Shown in pieces: positions 48,938 to 58,400 of a stretch of DNA of 64,000 nt (its first letter is position 1; each line of letters starts with the position of its first letter). The notes under the pieces are model-generated. The model made no database searches. It saw only the letters and a list, made by a program, of their open reading frames with translations, and was not told where the DNA came from. Position numbers and translations under genes: made by a program. Source of the DNA: a virus (Duplodnaviria > Caudoviricetes); IMG/VR virus record IMGVR_UViG_3300008259_002461; one strand, 5' to 3'.

Positions 48938-51900
48938 TTATCCAAAAATTAAAACTTTTTCAATTGCTATACCTTCTGCATCCGCAAAGCTGATACCACC
49001 GCTTGCGCCTGCTACTGATACCCAAGTTGTTCCATCGTATAATTCAACTCGTTTATCAGAAGTATTATATCTAACCATTCCTGTTACACCTGATGGACGA
49101 GTACTGTTATCTCCAACTGGCAGCACTACTCCGTACGGATCTGTAAATTCAAAATATCCTGTACCAGTAGTTTGTAAAATTGTATTGCTGCCAGAAACTG
49201 TATTTGTTATTCTGTTGTCTTGGAATGCAAAATTTTCAAATCTAACTCTACCGGTACCATTTGCAGAAAGTACTAAATCTGTATTTGGTGTAATAGTACT
49301 TATCACATTTCCATCTACCTGGATAGCATCTACGACTACTTGAGGTGCATTAAGTCTAATGGTGTTTATGTCTACTATGGTATTATTTTGAACAATGAAT
49401 CTTATAGTGTTATCGTTAGCACCTTCTGTTAATTCTGCTGTGACTTTGGTATCGCCGTCAACATCTACTACACCATGTAACTGAATCCAATTTGTACCGT
49501 TATACCCTTCAAATCTTGCCAATTCACTGTTGAACCTAATTTGTCCGGCAACTGCTGCGGGGCGTTGTAATATTGTTCCAGCTGGCAATTTAATAGCACC
49601 TGTACTATCAATTATTACTGATCCACCTGCTGGAGCTATTGTAAAATTGCTTACAGAACTAATAGTTGCATTGTTGATGCTAAAATCATCAATTACTATT
49701 GATCCAGTTCCGTTTGCACGTAACTCTAAATTTGAGTTAGATGTTGTAGTTGTGATAAAGTTATCATCAATTAGTATATCGCCAGTAGTAAAATTATTAG
49801 CAGTAATAGTACCGGTGCTGGTAATGTTACCTGTAGTAATTGTTCCAATAACGGTTAGATCATTTGATATAACAACATCATTATTTGGAATAGAAATTAT
49901 ACCAGTGCCGTTAGCACGTAGTTCTAAATTAGAATTACTATCAGTAGTAGTAATTACGTTTCCGCTAATTTGAATATTTTCAAACTGTGCGCTTGCACTA
50001 ACTGTAACAGTTCCTGTGGTTGCAAAGTTGCCAGTTATATTGATATTACCTGTTTGTGTTACTGCACCTGTGTGAGTAATTGTTCCTATTATGGTTATAT
50101 CTTCTAGATCTGTGTTGCCATTAACTGTTAAATTCTGCTCAATGATAACATTGTTACTAGGTACTACTACTTCGCCTGTTCCGTTAGCACGTAGTTCTAG
50201 ATCTGAATTAGGTGTAGTAGTTATGATAAAATTATCATCAATTAGTATATCGCCTGTACTAAATCTATTAGCAGTAATAGTGCCAGCACTATTGATATCC
50301 CCTACAGTAATTGTACCATCAACAAATAAGTCGTTTGATATAACAACATCATTGTTTGGAACTATTACTTCGCCTGTACCTGCGGCTCTTAGTTCTAAGT
50401 CTGAATTACTATCAGTGGTAGTAATTACATTATTATTAATTTGAATATTTTCAAATTGCGCAGAAGCACTAATTGTTACTGTTCCAGAAATACTATAATC
50501 GCCAGTTAGTGAAATATTTCCAACCTGCGTTACATTACCAGTATGTACAAGTGTGCCTTGAATTGTTGTGTCGTCTAAATCAGTATCGCCATTAACTGTT
50601 AAGTCTTGGCCTAATACAACATCGTTTGTAGGCATAACAACATTGCCTGTGCCATTAGCACGTAATTCTAGATCTGAATTAGAAAGTGTTGTTGTGATTA
50701 TATTGTTATCAATTAATATATTACCAGTGCTGAACTGATTTGCTGTAATTGTTCCTGTTGTAGTTAAATTGTTTGCATTAATATCTGCTACAACAGTTAA
50801 ATCATTTGTTATCTGAACATTGTTGTTAGGAACAAGAATTACACCTGTGCCATTAGCACGTAGTTCTAGATCAGTGTTGGAAGTAGTAGTTGTAATAAAA
50901 TTATTATCAATTCTAATTTCTTCAAACTGTGCATATTCTGCAATAGATAACGAACCGTTTATAGTAACATCACCAATTATGTCATAATTACCTGTTTGTG
51001 TTGTGTTACCATTAACTGTTAAAATGCCGGTTACGTCAACATCGCCTAGAGTAGATTCGCCAATAACTGTAAGTTCGTTATTAATTAATACGTTGTTGTT
51101 AGGAACAAGAATTACACCTGTGCCATTAGCACGTAGTTCTAGATCTGTATTACTTACTGTCGTTGTGATATAGTTATTAGATATAGAAATATTATCTACT
51201 GTTACGTTATTAACAAAAATATTTGACCAACGTAGCGCGGCTGTACCTAAACTGTAAACACTGTCCTGAGCAGGTATAATATCAGAATCAATGCCTGCTA
51301 TAAATTGAATTGTGTCAGTGGGTGCATCACCTATAGTAATGTTTCCGCCAATTGATACATTGCCAGTTACATCAAGGTTGCCTGTAATAGTTACATTATT
51401 GTTTAGATTGATTTCATTTGAAGCTGCAACAATGTTAACATTGCCAGAGAGACTTTCAACAGTGTTTCCACTAATGCGTAGATTGCCTGTGTCAATTCGT
51501 GTACCGTCAATAAAAGTTATATTAGAACCGTCTGTAAATGTTACTCCAGATTCCGATACGTTAAAATTTGAAACAGTCAGTTCAACTGTTCCTGTATCCT
51601 GATTAACATAAAACAAATCACCAACTCTAAAGTCACCTTTGTGGTCTACAGAATTGTAGCGTATTTTAGCACCGTTAGTTTCTACTACTTCGTTGTCTTG
51701 TATTACAGTAATAGGATCATTAGTAACTTCTTTACCGTTGCCAATATATGCTAGATTTTGACCTATAGCATACATTAAAACACCAGGGCCGTCACCAACT
51801 AATCCAAAGTTACCGTATACAGACGCTGATCCAATTAATCTAACTTCTGCTCCAAAGTCTGTAAAATCAGTTAGGGTAATATACTGTGCTGTGGCACCGC

Positions 51901-54900
51901 CTGAGAATCTAATGTCTTGTGCATAAACAACATCATCTTCAAATGTTGTCGAATTGTTTGCACCGTCAAAGCGAGCCATTAAAACTGTGTCAGCGGTAAC
52001 TAATGCACGAGTAGTTGGTGCTGTAAAAGTAGTTGTATAGAGACCAACTCCTTTAATAATTCTTAAATCGTCAATATATCCGCTAAAAGAAGTGAGCCCA
52101 ACAAACGAGGCACCTAATACTAAGGGTTTTGTAGTTCCGTAATCAGTTGTATCAACATAAGTATTAGTTGACACAACTCCATTAATAAAAAATCTAGTTA
52201 CGCCACTAACACGAGAGATAGCAAGATGATTCCAAGCATTAAGTGTATGAGTATTGCTAGATGTTAATACAAACACTCCGTTTACAAATAATCTTAAATT
52301 ATTTGCGGAGTTAGACTGAACCATAATTGAATTCTGAGTCGACGTTGTTCTAGTATCAATTAAAATTTGCGAAAGTGAGGCTGTTTTATAGAACCATCCA
52401 TCGATTGTGAAGTCTCCCGTGCCAAACCCAAAATCTATTGTACTTTGAATACTAGCATAATCTCCTGTGCCGTCTAGGGCAAGACTTGATGTACCAAACT
52501 TTTTAACTGCTGTACTTAGTTTAGCATCTCCGTTGGCTGCGATAGTTTTGCCGCCTCGTTCTGCGGCTGTTTCAAATCCTAACTGTTTGCCGTCAATGAA
52601 TATTTTTCCGGTGCCATCAATACTAGCAATAGCTGCGCTTCCTAAAAGTGTAACACCATCACTGTCGTAGTAACTGATAGTTTGTCCAGTAGTAATTGAC
52701 CCTGCTAATCCGTCTACTCGTATTGCTGTTTCACCCTGGCCTTTAAGACCACTTACTCCATCTACTGCATATAATCCTCTGTTAGCAAAATATGTAAACG
52801 AATTTAACCACTCAACCCTAACGCCGTTGGTCATTACTATAGCGTCAACTCCAGGTGTTATAAATGTACAACTGTGAAATAAACATGCTGCTTCGTTGCT
52901 GAGAATGTTTGCTACTGCACCGTCTAGATATGCGCCTCTACCAGCATTACCTGCGTTAAATCCTCTCGGGTCTTCTAGTGTAGTTACGCTACCTTTGGTA
53001 ATTACACTGATGTTTTTAATGTATGGACTGCGACTAGTTACTGTAAACCCAGGTGCATATTTAAATGCAAATCCGGTTTCTACTGCGCCTGTTAAATTAT
53101 AAATGTATGTTTTACCTGATTCAGTACCGCCGGCATCATCCTCAAGATAGGCGCTAACTACGGCATAGTTACCTGATATTGCAACTGATGCAGCAAAGAA
53201 ATCACCTGCACTTGTACCAAAAGCATTAGGGTTATTAATAGTTTGTATTAGCTGTCCGCTTATAGTACTGAAAATATATGCTTTGCCTGAACCTCCGCCA
53301 CCAGCATCATCTTCTCCGTATGCGCCAACTATAGCATAGTTACCTGATATTGCAACTGACCAGCCAAAGAAATCACTAGCACTTGTACCAAAAGCATTGG
53401 GGTTATTTAGGGTATGTACTAGGGCACCCGTGGTTACATTAAAGATATAGGCTTTGCCTGAATCGCCGCCGGTGCCGCCTGCGTCATCCTCTTGATAGGC
53501 ACCAACTATAGCATAGTTACCTGATATTGCAACATTCCGTCCAAACAAGTCACCAGCACTTGAACTAAAAGGATTTGGATTGTTTAATGTGAATAGTAAT
53601 GCGCCGGTAGTTACATTGTAGATATAGGCTTTGCCTGAATTTCCACCATTGGCGTCATCTTCTAGCCAGGCGGTAACTATAGCATAGTTACCTGATATTC
53701 CTACTGCGATACCAAAGGCATCACTCGCACTTGTACTGTAGGCATTGGGGTTATCTAGGGTATGTACTAGGGCACCCGTGGTTACATTAAAGATATAGGC
53801 TTTGCCTGAATCAGCGCCGCCAATTTGATCTTCTGCATAGGCACCAACTATGGCAAAATTATCTGATATGCTAACTGAAAAACCAAAGCCATCACCTGCA
53901 CTTGTACTGTAGGCATTGGGATTGTTTAATGTGTGTACTAGGGCGCCTGTAGCTACATTAAAGATATAGGCTTTGCCTGAACCTCCGCCACCGGCATCAT
54001 CTTCTGCATTTGCCCCAACTATAGCATAGTTATTTGAGATTGCTACTGCGCCGCCAAAGGTGTCGGCGCCACTTGTACTGTAGGCATTAGGATTATTTAA
54101 TGTATGTACTAAAGCCCCAGTTGTTGCATTAAAAATATAGGCTTTGCCTGATTCAGTGCCGCCTGCGTCATCTTCTTGCAAAGCGCCGACTATAACATAA
54201 TTACCTGATACAGCAACTGGGTAACCAAAGAAATCATTAAGACTTGTACCAAAGGGAGTTGGATTGTTAATTACACTAGATAACGTGATTTCTGCTGTTG
54301 AGCTACTATAAAAGTCAGCTATTGTTATATCTTCAACTGTTGTTTCGCCGTTTAGTAAAAATGCATCATTAAATTGTGTACCTACAGTAGGAACAATTTT
54401 TACTGAACGTAGGCCTTGGCCTTTAACTGTTACACCTACTGGTATTGTTAAAGGAAATATTTCTGTGTATACACCAGGATAGATATGTACTGTGTCGCCT
54501 GTTGTAGCTACGCTAAGTGCATGCTTCACTGACGCAAAAGGCGCTTGAGGATGATCACCAGGTGATGCGTTGTTGCCGTTTTCTGCAACATAATAAATAT
54601 TACCTTGGCGCAATACTAAATCAATTCCAGCAACTGACAGGTCTGTTGAATTAATAGTTGATGCTACTAGATTATTAACATAAACATCTTGCCAGCGTTT
54701 GCTGGTAGTACCTAGGTCATATGTTACATTTACGTCTGGAATTATATCAGATGCAACTTCAGCATTAAATACTACATTGTCAGTGTCTGCATCACCGATC
54801 GTTACGGTTCCGTCTGCACTAATATTTCCAGTTGCATGAATATTTCCAGTAACATTCATGTTTGCATAAACATGTACTTCGCCGGTTCCGTTTGGACGTA

Positions 54901-55264
54901 ATTCTAAGTTTGCGTTTGAGCTATTGGTGCTAATAACATTGCCTTCAATGTCGATTGAATCAACACGAAGTTTGTTATTGTAAATGATGTTGTCAAATGT
55001 ACCTAATCTTAGATACTGTTGATCAGTACTAATAGTATTGCCTTCAATATTGACATCTGCGATGTCTGCTCTATTGTCAACTATTAGTGTTGTTGTTTTT
55101 GTTGTACCGTTTATTTGTAGTTCGTGCGTAGGAGCTACGGTTTTGATGCCGATGCGTTGATTAACAACATCAAGATATAGTAGATCTGTCTCAAAGGCAA
55201 TATTAATCCCGTTTCTAACGAGATTTTCCTTTAAGAGTGGACCCGAAATACGACCAATCGCCAT
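48938..55264 (-). CDS. Giant virion fibre protein, 2108 aa (beta-helix core with FG-GAP propeller and LamG-like inserts, repeated shaft)
   Basis: IYYVAENG...PFASVKHA; 7 FG-GAP repeats; FTIDGW...WNHLAI...GYIDDLRI; repeated DLELRANGTG. Confidence 0.82.
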   Translation of the reverse strand: MAIGRISGPLLKENLVRNGINIAFETDLLYLDVVNQRIGIKTVAPTHELQINGTTKTTTLIVDNRADIADVNIEGNTISTDQQYLRLGTFDNIIYNNKLRVDSIDIEGNVISTNSSNANLELRPNGTGEVHVYANMNVTGNIHATGNISADGTVTIGDADTDNVVFNAEVASDIIPDVNVTYDLGTTSKRWQDVYVNNLVASTINSTDLSVAGIDLVLRQGNIYYVAENGNNASPGDHPQAPFASVKHALSVATTGDTVHIYPGVYTEIFPLTIPVGVTVKGQGLRSVKIVPTVGTQFNDAFLLNGETTVEDITIADFYSSSTAEITLSSVINNPTPFGTSLNDFFGYPVAVSGNYVIVGALQEDDAGGTESGKAYIFNATTGALVHTLNNPNAYSTSGADTFGGAVAISNNYAIVGANAEDDAGGGGSGKAYIFNVATGALVHTLNNPNAYSTSAGDGFGFSVSISDNFAIVGAYAEDQIGGADSGKAYIFNVTTGALVHTLDNPNAYSTSASDAFGIAVGISGNYAIVTAWLEDDANGGNSGKAYIYNVTTGALLFTLNNPNPFSSSAGDLFGRNVAISGNYAIVGAYQEDDAGGTGGDSGKAYIFNVTTGALVHTLNNPNAFGTSASDFFGWSVAISGNYAIVGAYGEDDAGGGGSGKAYIFSTISGQLIQTINNPNAFGTSAGDFFAASVAISGNYAVVSAYLEDDAGGTESGKTYIYNLTGAVETGFAFKYAPGFTVTSRSPYIKNISVITKGSVTTLEDPRGFNAGNAGRGAYLDGAVANILSNEAACLFHSCTFITPGVDAIVMTNGVRVEWLNSFTYFANRGLYAVDGVSGLKGQGETAIRVDGLAGSITTGQTISYYDSDGVTLLGSAAIASIDGTGKIFIDGKQLGFETAAERGGKTIAANGDAKLSTAVKKFGTSSLALDGTGDYASIQSTIDFGFGTGDFTIDGWFYKTASLSQILIDTRTTSTQNSIMVQSNSANNLRLFVNGVFVLTSSNTHTLNAWNHLAISRVSGVTRFFINGVVSTNTYVDTTDYGTTKPLVLGASFVGLTSFSGYIDDLRIIKGVGLYTTTFTAPTTRALVTADTVLMARFDGANNSTTFEDDVVYAQDIRFSGGATAQYITLTDFTDFGAEVRLIGSASVYGNFGLVGDGPGVLMYAIGQNLAYIGNGKEVTNDPITVIQDNEVVETNGAKIRYNSVDHKGDFRVGDLFYVNQDTGTVELTVSNFNVSESGVTFTDGSNITFIDGTRIDTGNLRISGNTVESLSGNVNIVAASNEINLNNNVTITGNLDVTGNVSIGGNITIGDAPTDTIQFIAGIDSDIIPAQDSVYSLGTAALRWSNIFVNNVTVDNISISNNYITTTVSNTDLELRANGTGVILVPNNNVLINNELTVIGESTLGDVDVTGILTVNGNTTQTGNYDIIGDVTINGSLSIAEYAQFEEIRIDNNFITTTTSNTDLELRANGTGVILVPNNNVQITNDLTVVADINANNLTTTGTITANQFSTGNILIDNNIITTTLSNSDLELRANGTGNVVMPTNDVVLGQDLTVNGDTDLDDTTIQGTLVHTGNVTQVGNISLTGDYSISGTVTISASAQFENIQINNNVITTTDSNSDLELRAAGTGEVIVPNNDVVISNDLFVDGTITVGDINSAGTITANRFSTGDILIDDNFIITTTPNSDLELRANGTGEVVVPSNNVIIEQNLTVNGNTDLEDITIIGTITHTGAVTQTGNINITGNFATTGTVTVSASAQFENIQISGNVITTTDSNSNLELRANGTGIISIPNNDVVISNDLTVIGTITTGNITSTGTITANNFTTGDILIDDNFITTTTSNSNLELRANGTGSIVIDDFSINNATISSVSNFTIAPAGGSVIIDSTGAIKLPAGTILQRPAAVAGQIRFNSELARFEGYNGTNWIQLHGVVDVDGDTKVTAELTEGANDNTIRFIVQNNTIVDINTIRLNAPQVVVDAIQVDGNVISTITPNTDLVLSANGTGRVRFENFAFQDNRITNTVSGSNTILQTTGTGYFEFTDPYGVVLPVGDNSTRPSGVTGMVRYNTSDKRVELYDGTTWVSVAGASGGISFADAEGIAIEKVLIFG
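49700..51180 (-). repeat. Alternating 91-aa / 66-aa shaft repeats, (AB)3, delimited by DLELRANGTG
   Basis: Hand-counted units; 53-bp exact DNA repeat at 50820-50872 and 51093-51145 (273 nt apart). Confidence 0.85.
53088..54256 (-). repeat. Seven tandem ~171-bp FG-GAP (integrin-alpha-type beta-propeller) repeats
   Basis: Unit FG.SVAISGNYAIVGA..EDDAGG..SGKAYIFN...GALVHTLNNPN; 57-bp exact DNA repeat at 53408-53464 and 53756-53812. Confidence 0.9.
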
Positions 55265-55370
55265 CTCTTCTCCTCACACGGGGATCCTGTCCCTCTAGCC
55301 TAATTTACAGCTTGCGCTCTTTGCTGGCTAACCACAGTATATCCTGCAATGTGCGGTCTCACATTACATT
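55265..55370 (-). ncRNA. Candidate structured 5' leader RNA of the 2108-aa fibre gene
   Basis: GC-rich (41/80 at 55281-55360) non-coding gap between late promoter and RBS; 9-bp hairpin plus nested multi-stem domain predicted by eye. Confidence 0.45.
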
Positions 55371-55375
55371 ATCAA

Positions 55376-55382
55376 TATTTAT
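55376..55382 (-). promoter_or_regulatory. Late promoter motif ATAAATA
   Basis: gATAAATAt, about 110 nt upstream of ATG 55264. Confidence 0.55.
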
Positions 55383-55405
55383 CCGTTTAGTAAAATATAT
55401 TGTTA

Positions 55406-58400
55406 TTAGCCGTATATTAGAGTTTGGATGAACGCTTCGTCTTCCATCTGAGCAACACTGATAGAGTCAAACTGACCCGCACTAGATCGCCACTGATCAC
55501 CTATCCAGGTTTCAAGTGTGTCTGAATCAATATTATGTCGTGTTTGCCCTAGAACCGGGCTTGCAGGTCTAGACCCAGTATCTCCAGAAGGAAATTTAAC
55601 GGCTGTGTTCCCTTCAAACACTATCCACTGCTGTCCTGTTCCGCCTAGTCGAGAAGCAGAATTAAGTGTAGTAGGAACAATAATATTGCTCTTAATAGTA
55701 AACGCTTCGACAAGTAATTCGCCTGAGCCGTCTGCTCGTAATTCTAAATCAGAATTCGATGCGTTTGTAAAAATTGCATTATTATCAAATACTATGTCGT
55801 CAACATCTAATCTATGAGTAATTAATCCGTTAACAGTTACTTGGGCCAGCTGTACTGTATTAATTGTTAAATTTAAAGTATTATTAGTAGGATGTGCTAC
55901 TAGGTTAGTTCTGCGATCGCTAGAGTAAACACCGTTAAATGTTATAGTGTTAGACAGACCGCGAGCTTCAAATACATTATTAGAAGTATCAAATCTTAAA
56001 TCCCCTACGGTGTTTGATTGTTGTAGTGTAGTACCACTTGGTAACTTAACTGCTCCTGTAGAATTAATTGTAATATTTTCTGTTGGTGCAAATGTTATAT
56101 TTCCGCTTCTAGTTCCTAGTCTATCCGTATTTACAAATACATTTTCTAACAGTACATCACCTGCACTATTAGCACGTAATTCTAAGTTTGAGTTTGTATT
56201 AGTAGTAGTAATAACATTATCAAAAATTTGTATGTCGGTGCTACTTTCTAATGCTTCAAGAGCAAAAGTATTATTGATTGTTAAATTGCTAGTTACTATA
56301 CTTTGAGCAGTTAGATCCTGTGCAATAAGCAGACTATCATCAAATACAATATCTCCAATGCCGCTGGCACTTAGTATTAAATTTTCGTTTATGTTAGTGG
56401 TTGCAATAAAGTTATCAACAAGTTTTATTGCTTCTAGTTGTACATCGCTTTGAGTTGAAAACTGCCCAACTATTAAATTTCCTGTTTGAGAATAATTACC
56501 TGTTTGAGTTCTATTACCTGTGTGATTTACAGTCCCGTTAATAATAATATTTTTTAAATTAGTAGTGCCGTTAACTGTTAGATCTTGATCAAATATAACA
56601 TCGTTGGTTGGCAATGCAACATCACCTGTTGCACGTAGTTCTAAATCTGAATTAGAAATTGTTGTTGTGATATAATTGTCGTTGATTTGTATGTTATTAG
56701 TTCTAACAATAATATCATCTAAGTCAATGTCTTGATCAATTATAATATCACCAGTAGTTATAGTTGCAGCAAATAAATTATTTGTTACTCTAACGTTATT
56801 ATTAGGTACTAGTACTTTTCCAGTTCCACTCGCTCGTAAGTCTAAATCATTATTACCTACTGTAGGTGTAATAACATTGTCGTCTACTGATATGTCAGAA
56901 AATTGTACTGCACTGTTAACAAACATATTTCCGCTTTGTACTAAATTACCTGTTTGAGCGTAGTTTCCTAGTTGTGTTCTTAATCCTAACTGATCTAGTG
57001 TACCTATTACTGTGACATTTTGTAAACTTGTAATGCCGTCTACTGTTAAATCTTGTTCAAAAATAACATCACTATTTGGCAATGTTATATCGCCCGAGAC
57101 AATAATATATGTAAATTTAAAATTGGTAATTCCAGAATCAACTGTTGGGCCACCAAATGCCCAAGTACCGGTCATTCTATATACGCCACTGCCTTGACTT
57201 ACCCAACCGCTAGTGGAAGTAAAATTTATTAAATTACCGTATCCAGCAGGGTCTAGCTGTAATATTGAACCGCTAGAAACTGTTAGTAGATTATTAAATG
57301 CACTAGTGTTTGTCCATGCTGATAATGTTATTTCCAAATAGCTACCGGTAGCCCAGTAATATATTCCCCATGGATCGCCGCCAGTTGGAAATACTGCAAA
57401 ATCAGTATTGAACCCTGAGCCATTTGCCCAATACGTAATACTACTACTGTTTATAGCACTAATTACTAGGTCTAAGTTACCGTTGTTGGTTGTGATATAG
57501 TTTTGTGAAATATCAATGTTAGCTACGTCAGCTTTATTAAATTCTACAACATTGGTTATTGCTATGGTACTGGTATTATAGATATTATCAGCACTTAAAC
57601 TATTACTTACTAGTACATCGCTAGTAGGAACTAAAATTATTCCAGTAGGTTCTGCACGTAATTCTAAGTTTGCATTTGATGAAGTAGTTGTGATAACGTT
57701 GTCGTCAACTAAAATTTCTTCAAACTGTACTGCCTCAGTTACTGACAAAAATCCGTCTACTGTTTGAGACTGTACACTTACATCACCTACAATATTTACA
57801 ACACCGTTTAAATTTAAATTTGCTACACTGACATTATTGTCTAAAGATGAATTACCTACAACTGTTAAGTCATTACTAAATGATACATTGTTACTAGGAA
57901 TTAAAATACGCCCAGATCCGTTTGCACGTAGTTCTAGATCTGAGTTAGAGTCTTGTGTTTGTATTACATTGTCAAAAATTCTAATACTATTAATATTAGC
58001 TTCAGATAACCAAACATTTAACCATTGGTTGCTTATTGAACCTAAATTATATTGTGTATCTATATTAGGATTAAAGTTTTGTTCAATGTCTATATTAAAA
58101 TCTACAGTATCAGTATAAGCATTACCAAATAAATTTAATGAGCCGTCAAAATTAAAATTACCAGTCATTGCTAAATTTTTAGCAACATTTACATCAGAAT
58201 TGAAATTAATATTTTCACTTGCACTGTCAATATTAAATTCTCCAGATAAACTTTCAACAGTGTTTCCAGAAATCCTAATGTTTCCTGTATCTATTTTGTC
58301 GTAAGTAATAAAAGTAAAATTAGGATCGGTTCCTATTTTCATTTGAGCAAGATTATCAAATGTTACAGAACTAGTGTCAATACTAGTAGTACCGTTTTCA

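Noticed and set aside
53088-54256. Diversity-generating retroelement TR/VR pair among the near-identical repeats
   Set aside because: Repeats are in-frame propeller blades, differences are not adenine-specific, and no reverse transcriptase is in the window; the 38405/45645 pair also differs in both directions
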